In this document: piece by piece, positions 40,947 to 47,134 of the stretch
Layout of the letters: every line of letters begins with the position of its first letter
Position numbering within the stretch: position 1 is the stretch's first letter
NCBI GenBank assembly: GCA_963707935.1
Contig: CAVPRN010000001.1
Span: forward strand, 145,554-209,553
From: an uncultured Acidobacteriota bacterium
Lineage (GTDB): Bacteria > Acidobacteriota > Thermoanaerobaculia > UBA5066 > Gp7-AA6
DNA length: 64,000 nucleotides
Direction: 5' to 3'
The notes under the pieces: generated by a model
Told to the model about the DNA's origin: nothing
Database searches by the model: none
The model's input: the letters and a program-made list of their open reading frames with translations, nothing else
Made by a program: the position numbers and the translations under genes

Positions 40947-40975
40947 ATGGGAAACAATATTACCATAAATATGGG
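40947..40975 (-). promoter_or_regulatory. AT-rich -10-like box immediately upstream of vapB (possible leaderless transcript)
   Basis: The minus strand reads CCCATATTTATGGTAATATTGTTTCCCAT-ATG. TAATAT (40962..40957) lies 10 nt before the ATG, which is a striking AT island in GC-rich DNA. Confidence 0.35.
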
Positions 40976-41004
40976 AGAGCATTCGCCGTCTCCGCCTCGA
41001 GCTC

Positions 41005-41034
41005 GGAGCGCCGGCGAACGACGGTCAGCGTCAT
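41005..41034 (-). pseudogene. Short decayed kinase 5-prime stub overlapping the K4 stop
   Basis: ATGACGCTGACCGTCGTTCGC... begins at 41034 in an ATGA overlap with the K4 TGA. It resembles the K3 5-prime end ATGACGCTCGCCACCGGCTCGCG for about 25 nt only. Confidence 0.35.
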
Positions 41035-43637
41035 CGCATCACCCCTCGCCAATTCAAGAGGACCCGGAATCGCTCGGAGTCGAAATCCCGAGTCGGCACG
41101 ACCATCAGAAACCGCTGCCCATCCGCCGACACCGCGTACTGCAGGCTCACGTTCGTGAGCGTCACGGACGTCCGGAACAGGGGCTGCGGCGGTCCAGCGG
41201 AAAAAGAAGATCCGGTTGTGACCGGCACGGCCATGAGCCTGCCGTCGAGCGCCACGAAGAAGATCTCCTTGCCGTCCCTGCTCCAGAGAGGCTGCTGCCC
41301 GCCCGAATCCGAGATCCGCCACTTTTCGTCCGTCATCGGAAACCGCCTTACGAAGATCTCGGACTGGCCGGTTTCATCCGAGCCGTAAACGAACCATCGG
41401 GCATCCGGTGAGAAGTGCGGCGTGCGCTCGCTGAATTCGGTCGAGAGAAGAAGCTCCGGCTTTGCGTCACTCTGCAGGTCCTTCACTCCGATGTCGAAGT
41501 CGCGCGCCACCCTCGTGTAAAGCATGTAGCGGCCGTCGGAAGAGATGTCGTGAGGCGTGACGAAGCTGTCGACGACAACGATTTGCTCTTCTCTGGAACC
41601 GCCTCGAACGGTCCTCCGGCGGATTTCGTACCGTTCCCCTTCATACCGGTAGAAGACGGTTCCCCCGTCCGGCGCCCAGATCGGCAGGAACGCCGGCTCG
41701 GCAAAGGGCGCCGTCACGCCGCGCTCGATGTCCACCATGCCGATTGCCCGCATGCCCGTCTCCACCGAGAGATAGCTCAACCCGGCGGTCCGGTCGTCGG
41801 GGGAGAGCCTCACGCCCAGGACCTCGCCCACGGAGCCGACCGTCCCGACCGGGTTACCCCGGCGATCGAACCAGGTCAGCCGCCGCTCCGCGCTGTTCGC
41901 CCGAAAGACGAGGATCCTGGAGTCGGAAACGGCGAAGAGGTCGCGGTACGATCCCAGGTCCCCTCGCATGATTGGGCGCGTTATGGTTTGCGGTTGACCC
42001 CCGAGTTCCCCGCGGTCGAGGTCGACGTGCTGCGCGAGGAGCGCCCCGCCTCGAACGAACAGGAGGGAGTCAGGCGGCACGAAAACGCCGGTGCCCGAGT
42101 TGCGAAGCAGGAGCCTGCGGCCGCGCGCGGCCAGGGACGCCATGTAGGTGCCCGTCGTTTCCGCCTTCCCCGTCTTGACGAAGAAGAGAAAGCGCCGGCC
42201 ATCGGGGAGAAACTGGGGCCAGCGATGCAGGAGGTCGCCCTTCTCGAGCTCCGTCACGGGCTCGGCCGGCCCGCCCGAAGCCGGAACGCGGGAAATGACC
42301 CCCACAGCCTTCTGCGTGAAGAGAATGTCGCCGTTCGCTCCCCAGCATCCGCCGCGCCCGAGCTCGGCGTCGGACAGGTTTTCGACCGAGCCCGTCGCCA
42401 GGTCGATCCTCCGGAGCTTGCCCCGCGCCACGAAGCCGAGCGACCGGCCGTCCGGCGACCAGAACACCGTTTCCGCCGAGTCCGTGCCCGCAAGAGTGCG
42501 GACCTCCTCGGAACCGAGCTCGCGGATGCGCAGGAGCGACTTGCCTCCGGAGATGCCGACGAATGCGAGCGTTCGGCCGTCCGGCGAAAGGGCAAAGAAT
42601 TCCGTGAGCACGGTTCGCTCCGGCGGAACGATCGAGAGCTGCATACGCTCCGGGGAAGCAAGAGCGGGGCGCCTTGCGCGAAGGGTGATGTCCGCAGCGA
42701 CCAGGAACGCAAGGGCCAGCGCCGCCCACGACAGCCACGATCGGCGAATCGGCGGGCCGGAAGCGGCGACGCCGGTCTGCGGCCCGTCGGATATCCAGTG
42801 CAATTCCCGTTTGATGTCGGCGGCGCTCTGCCAGCGGTCTTCGGGATCCTTGGCGAGGCAGGTCTTGATCACCCTTTCCAGAGCGGGCGGGTTGGTGGGT
42901 TGGATCGTCGAGATCGGCGCCGGCTCCTCCTTCATGATCGCGGAGATCAGCGACGCCTGGGACGCGCCCGAGAACGCCTTCCGCCCCGTCGCCATCTCGT
43001 AGAGCACCGCGCCGAAGGCGAAGATGTCGGTCCTCGCGTCCGCTTCCTTGCCCTCGAGCTGCTCGGGCGCCATGTACTGGAACGTTCCGAGAATCGTCCC
43101 TTCCTGGGTGAGTCCCTGCTGCGTCGGGAGCGAGGTCAGGGTTCCCTTTCCCTTCGGCCCCTCGAATCCCTTCGCCAGGCCGAAGTCGAGAAGCTTGACC
43201 CCCGTCTTCGTCAGCATGACGTTGCCGGGCTTCAGGTCCCGGTGCACGATCCCCTGCCGGTGCGCCTTGTCCAGAGCCTCGGCGATCTCCTGTCCGTAGC
43301 GCAGCGTCTGCTCGAGCGGCAGGGCGCCTTTGGCCAGACGCTCCGAAAGCGTCTCGCCTTCGAGAAGCTCCATGACCAGGTACTCGGTCTCGCCCTCGCG
43401 GCCGACGTCATAGAGCGCGCAGATGTGCGGATGGGAGAGCTGCGAAATCGTTCTCGCCTCCCGCTCGAAGCGCTGGCGCACTTCGTCGGACGAGGCCATC
43501 GAGGACGGAAGCACCTTGACCGCCACCGTTCGCTCCAGACGCGTGTCCCGAGCCTTGTACACTTCGCCCATTCCCCCGGCGCCGAGAGGCGTGAGGATCT
43601 CGTAGGGCCCGAGGCGCGTGCCGGCCGCGAGCGTCAT
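41031..43637 (-). CDS. K4: Ser/Thr protein kinase - TM - TolB/PD40 beta-propeller receptor
   Basis: I take the start as the ATG at 43637 (MTLAAGTRLGPYEIL), which overlaps the PIN gene stop (ATGA). The track start at 43739 lies inside the PIN gene. Kinase motifs as in K2, to which it is closely related along its whole length. Confidence 0.92.
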   Translation of the reverse strand: MTLAAGTRLGPYEILTPLGAGGMGEVYKARDTRLERTVAVKVLPSSMASSDEVRQRFEREARTISQLSHPHICALYDVGREGETEYLVMELLEGETLSERLAKGALPLEQTLRYGQEIAEALDKAHRQGIVHRDLKPGNVMLTKTGVKLLDFGLAKGFEGPKGKGTLTSLPTQQGLTQEGTILGTFQYMAPEQLEGKEADARTDIFAFGAVLYEMATGRKAFSGASQASLISAIMKEEPAPISTIQPTNPPALERVIKTCLAKDPEDRWQSAADIKRELHWISDGPQTGVAASGPPIRRSWLSWAALALAFLVAADITLRARRPALASPERMQLSIVPPERTVLTEFFALSPDGRTLAFVGISGGKSLLRIRELGSEEVRTLAGTDSAETVFWSPDGRSLGFVARGKLRRIDLATGSVENLSDAELGRGGCWGANGDILFTQKAVGVISRVPASGGPAEPVTELEKGDLLHRWPQFLPDGRRFLFFVKTGKAETTGTYMASLAARGRRLLLRNSGTGVFVPPDSLLFVRGGALLAQHVDLDRGELGGQPQTITRPIMRGDLGSYRDLFAVSDSRILVFRANSAERRLTWFDRRGNPVGTVGSVGEVLGVRLSPDDRTAGLSYLSVETGMRAIGMVDIERGVTAPFAEPAFLPIWAPDGGTVFYRYEGERYEIRRRTVRGGSREEQIVVVDSFVTPHDISSDGRYMLYTRVARDFDIGVKDLQSDAKPELLLSTEFSERTPHFSPDARWFVYGSDETGQSEIFVRRFPMTDEKWRISDSGGQQPLWSRDGKEIFFVALDGRLMAVPVTTGSSFSAGPPQPLFRTSVTLTNVSLQYAVSADGQRFLMVVPTRDFDSERFRVLLNWRGVMR

Positions 43638-44074
43638 GGCCCCTCCGGAGTCCGGACGGCTGGCTCGTCCTCGAGGAACCGCTCGAAAGCCTCGCGATCC
43701 CAGGTCACCAGTGTGGCCGCGCGCGCCTTGCGGGCGCACGCCCCGATGAGAGCGTCATAGACCGCGCCGCCCCCGATCCCGGCGTCCCGGCTGCGGCGCA
43801 AGGTGGCACGATAGTCGCCGGCAGCCAGCGCGACCAGCCGCGTCTGCCCCCAGTTGGCTTCGATCAGCGCCAGGGCGTCGTCGGGACGCAGCCGGTGAGG
43901 CTCGGGGAGCCGCGTCAGGACCGAAAAGGCTTCGGCCAGCGAGTGCGCCGCCAGGACCAGCTCTTCCCCGGCCGCGTCGCGGCGCTCGATCTCGCGGCGG
44001 GTGGCGTCGTGATGACGGTGCCACGTGCACACGGCCGCGACCAGGCAGGTCGTGTCGAGCAGGTACGAGCTCAC
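43634..44074 (-). CDS. vapC: PIN-domain toxin (VapC-like)
   Basis: 146 aa. Has YLLDTTCLVAAV (Asp), SLAEAFSVLTR (Glu) and VYDALIGACA...LVTWDREAF (Asp residues). Overlaps the AbrB-type antitoxin by 4 nt. Confidence 0.85.
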   Translation of the reverse strand: MSSYLLDTTCLVAAVCTWHRHHDATRREIERRDAAGEELVLAAHSLAEAFSVLTRLPEPHRLRPDDALALIEANWGQTRLVALAAGDYRATLRRSRDAGIGGGAVYDALIGACARKARAATLVTWDREAFERFLEDEPAVRTPEGP

Positions 44075-44337
44075 TCGCCCTCGTCCGAGCCTCGCCGGCG
44101 GAGGGAGTCGAGCGTCCGCGCGACCGCCTCCCCGGTCAGGGACGGCACGCGCCTGCGAGGGACGGCAACCGTCAGCGATCCCCGCTTGACGAGCTTCACG
44201 TCGAGCGGCTCGGGCTCGATCTCGATCCGGCCGTCTGTGACTCGAATCGTCAGCGTCGCCCCCGGCCGGATTCCCGCTTCCTCCCGAATCCGTTTGGGCA
44301 CGACGAGCCTCCCGGCCCGGTCAATGGTTGTTTTCAT
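44071..44337 (-). CDS. AbrB/SpoVT/MazE-fold antitoxin
   Basis: 88 aa. MKTTIDRAGRLVVPKRIREEAGIRPGATLTIRVTDGRIEIEP is a swapped-hairpin AbrB-type DNA-binding domain. Confidence 0.85.
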   Translation of the reverse strand: MKTTIDRAGRLVVPKRIREEAGIRPGATLTIRVTDGRIEIEPEPLDVKLVKRGSLTVAVPRRRVPSLTGEAVARTLDSLRRRGSDEGE

Positions 44338-44365
44338 GGTACCGATACTACCATTTCATATGGGT
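44338..44365 (-). promoter_or_regulatory. AT-rich -10-like box / palindrome immediately upstream of the AbrB-type antitoxin (possible leaderless transcript)
   Basis: The minus strand reads CCCATATGAAATGGTAGTATCGGTACC-ATG. TAGTAT (44350..44345) lies 7 nt before the ATG. There is an ATGGTA...TACCAT inverted repeat. The sequence is similar to the vapB upstream box. Confidence 0.35.
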
Positions 44366-44389
44366 CTCGCCGCGCCATGGCCGCTCGAG

Positions 44390-44465
44390 AAGGTCCTTCC
44401 TCTTCCCCGCGAGAAGCTCTGAGCGGACCGCAGGGGCCGAGGCGCGTGCCCGCGGCCAGCGTCAT
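44390..44465 (-). pseudogene. Decayed kinase 5-prime fragment between K5 and the AbrB/PIN cassette
   Basis: ATGACGCTGGCCGCGGGCACGCGCCTCGGCCCC (MTLAAGTRLGP) starts at 44465 in an ATGA overlap with the K5 stop. Its first 33 nt match the K4 5-prime end at all but 4 positions, and weaker similarity continues for about 40 nt more. No kinase body follows. Confidence 0.55.
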
Positions 44466-47134
44466 CTCTTTTTCAACTCCGTGAACCAGTTCAAGACGAC
44501 CGTGATCGGTGCGGCGTTGCTCTCTTCGGTAGGAGTGTCGACGAGAAAGCGCTGGCCGTCGGCCGAAACGGTGTAGGGAATGACGGGAACCTCGGAAACA
44601 CGAAGCTCGAAGAGCGCCCGGGGTTGGCCGGCCTGAAGAGTGGAAGCGGTCTGGACCTCCACGGCCATGAGTTTTCGGTCCGCGGCGCGATAGAAGAGCT
44701 CCTTCCCGTCGCGCCGCCATCTCGGATAGGAGCCGCCCGCAGTCGAGATCTGCCACTTGCCGCCGGAAGCCGGAAAGGCCTGCACGTAGACCTCAACCCT
44801 CCCCGACTCATTCGAGGAATAGGCCATCCATCGCCCATCCGGAGAGAATTGTCCTTGACTCTCGTTGAACTCGGTTCGCAGGAACGGAGTCGGTTTGCGG
44901 TCTCCGGAAAGCGGCAACACCCAAAGATCCGTCCCTGTCCCCCGACCCTGGTCCTCATAGACGATGAATCGCCCGTCGGGAGACCAGTCCGTGACGAATT
45001 TCGACGTGTCGGAGGAAAGCAGCAGCTCCTCGCCGCCGGCCCCGTTCGAGAGCTTTTGATACAGGTTGCTCATGCCATCCTGATCGGAGGCGAAGGCGAT
45101 CCGACTTCCGTCGGGCGACCAGGTCGGATGCGTCTGGTTGGACGAATCGAATGTCAGGCGTGAGACCGTGGAGCGTGCGAGGTCGACGAGCCAGATGTCG
45201 TCGGTCCCTGTCTGGGGATCGCGGCGCTGCACGGCGATGAGTTTTTCGTCCGGTGAGAGCCTCGGGCGCACGTACAAGCCGGGCCCGCCCGCCGACCCGA
45301 TCCGCTTTCCTCCGCGATCGAACCAGACGAGCTCGCTCATCGGCACGCCCCCGGCGCTGCCCGTCCGATAGGCGATCACGCCGTTTTCCGAGGCGGACAA
45401 CGTGGTCCGGCCATTGCCCGGGTTGTAGGCCACTTGTTCGGCGACGCGAGCCGGCTCGCCCGAGAGCTGGAGGCGATTCGAATCGAACCGCTGGGCCATC
45501 AGCGTCCCCTGCTGGACGAAGAGCAGATAGCCCGGCGGCGTATACGTCGCCCTCACTTCGGTCCTCAGCACGAGGCCCGCCTCTTTGGAGGCGAGCGAAT
45601 GGACGTAGATGCCGCGGTTCTCTCGTCGGCCGCTCAGGGCGAGATAGAGGAAGTGACGGCCGTCCGGCAGAAACTGAGGCCATAAGTGGCCCGTCTCCTG
45701 CCGCGATCGGTCGAGCGCCGTCACGTCGGCCGGGACGCCACCGGTCGCGGAGACGCGTGCCAGCGCGCCGACGCGATTCGGTGCGAAGACGATCACTCCG
45801 TCGCGGTTCCACGTGCCGCCATTCCCTTCGGGCGCATCGCACAGCGCTTGCGGGGGACCGCCGAATGCGTCGATCTTCTTCAACTTTCCCGGGGTGAAAA
45901 ATCCGAGGAAGCGACTGTCCGGAGACCAGAACGGAAAGGAGGCATCTTCCGTGCCCGCCAGTTTCTGTGCGGCGAGCGAGTCGAGAGGACGAACCCAGAG
46001 CTGACTGGTCCGATCCAACGTCGTGGCCACGAAGGCAAGGTAACGGCCATCGGGTGAAAGAGCGGCCTGAGGAGCCGCTGGCCCCCCGCCGTGGGTCGTT
46101 TGTTCCGGAGGAAAAACGGAAAAGCGAATCGGACGCGGTTCGAGGGGCGACTCTCGAAAGTGAACGAAGGCGATTGCCAGCGCCGCGAGCAGGGAAGCAC
46201 CCATGAGGACCCAGGCCAGCCGCTCGAGATTCCGTCGAGTCGGGCCGACGGCCATTGGTGCGGCGAGGCTAGCGGCCGAGGCCTCCGAGATCCACTGAAG
46301 CTCTCGCCTGATGTCGGCGGCGCTCTGCCAGCGCTCCTCCGGGTCCCTGGCAAGGCAGGTCTTCACGACGCGGTCGAGCGCCGGAGGACTCGCCGGCTGC
46401 TCCGCAGAGATCGGCTCCGGCTCGGTGTGCAGGATGGCGCCGATCAGCGACGCCTGGGTCGTTCCGGTGAAGGCTTTCTTGCCTGTCGCCATCTCGTAGA
46501 GCGTCGCGCCGAAGGCGAAGATGTCCGTGCGCGCGTCCGCTTCCTTTCCCTCGAGCTGCTCCGGCGCCATGTACTGGAAAGTCCCCAGGATCGTGCCCTC
46601 CTGTGTGAGTCCCTGCTGCGTCGGAAGCGAGGTCAGACTCCCCTTTTCCTTCGGCAACTCGAACCCCTTCGCGAGGCCGAAGTCGAGCAGCTTCACCCCC
46701 GACTTCGTCAGCATCACGTTGCCGGGCTTCAGGTCCCGGTGCACGATCCCCTGCCGGTGGGCCTTGTCGAGCGCCCCGGCGATCTCCTGCCCGTAACGCA
46801 GCGTCTGCTCGAGCGGCAGCGCCCCCTTCGCCAGCCGATCCGTCAGCGTCTCGCCTTCGAGAAGCTCCATGACGAGGTACTCGGTCTCCCCTTCCCGCCC
46901 CACGTCGTAGAGCGCGCAGATGTGGGGGTGCGAGAGCTGGGAGATCGTTTTCGCCTCACGCTCGAACCGCTGGCGGACCTCGGGAGACGAGGACATCGCC
47001 GCCGGAAGGACCTTCACCGCGACCGTCCGCTCCAGGCGGGTGTCCCGCGCCCGGTACACCTCCCCCATCCCTCCCGCGCCGAGCGGCGACAGGATCTCGT
47101 AGGGGCCGAGGCGGGAGCCGGCGGCAAGAGCCAT
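44462..47134 (-). CDS. K5: Ser/Thr protein kinase - TM - TolB/PD40 beta-propeller receptor
   Basis: Kinase motifs as in K2. TM helix LAWVLMGASLLAALAIAFV. PD40 blades. The ATG directly abuts the K6 stop. Confidence 0.92.
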   Translation of the reverse strand: MALAAGSRLGPYEILSPLGAGGMGEVYRARDTRLERTVAVKVLPAAMSSSPEVRQRFEREAKTISQLSHPHICALYDVGREGETEYLVMELLEGETLTDRLAKGALPLEQTLRYGQEIAGALDKAHRQGIVHRDLKPGNVMLTKSGVKLLDFGLAKGFELPKEKGSLTSLPTQQGLTQEGTILGTFQYMAPEQLEGKEADARTDIFAFGATLYEMATGKKAFTGTTQASLIGAILHTEPEPISAEQPASPPALDRVVKTCLARDPEERWQSAADIRRELQWISEASAASLAAPMAVGPTRRNLERLAWVLMGASLLAALAIAFVHFRESPLEPRPIRFSVFPPEQTTHGGGPAAPQAALSPDGRYLAFVATTLDRTSQLWVRPLDSLAAQKLAGTEDASFPFWSPDSRFLGFFTPGKLKKIDAFGGPPQALCDAPEGNGGTWNRDGVIVFAPNRVGALARVSATGGVPADVTALDRSRQETGHLWPQFLPDGRHFLYLALSGRRENRGIYVHSLASKEAGLVLRTEVRATYTPPGYLLFVQQGTLMAQRFDSNRLQLSGEPARVAEQVAYNPGNGRTTLSASENGVIAYRTGSAGGVPMSELVWFDRGGKRIGSAGGPGLYVRPRLSPDEKLIAVQRRDPQTGTDDIWLVDLARSTVSRLTFDSSNQTHPTWSPDGSRIAFASDQDGMSNLYQKLSNGAGGEELLLSSDTSKFVTDWSPDGRFIVYEDQGRGTGTDLWVLPLSGDRKPTPFLRTEFNESQGQFSPDGRWMAYSSNESGRVEVYVQAFPASGGKWQISTAGGSYPRWRRDGKELFYRAADRKLMAVEVQTASTLQAGQPRALFELRVSEVPVIPYTVSADGQRFLVDTPTEESNAAPITVVLNWFTELKKR

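Noticed and set aside
43638-43739. N-terminal extension of K4 (track start 43739), and likewise of K6 (49865..49933), the JAMM gene (7322..7630) and the E1 fusion (6880..7005)
   Set aside because: The extensions overlap the preceding gene or a REP hairpin and are Arg-rich. Conserved N-termini (MTLAAG..., MPKILLPT..., VIRISRS...) with RBS or stop-start overlaps mark the real starts.
40285-44337. Treating the TA-containing segment as a mobile genetic island
   Set aside because: No integrase, transposase, tRNA attachment site or flanking direct repeats are visible. Only the kinase 5-prime stubs hint at insertion, so mobility is left as a hypothesis in the findings.
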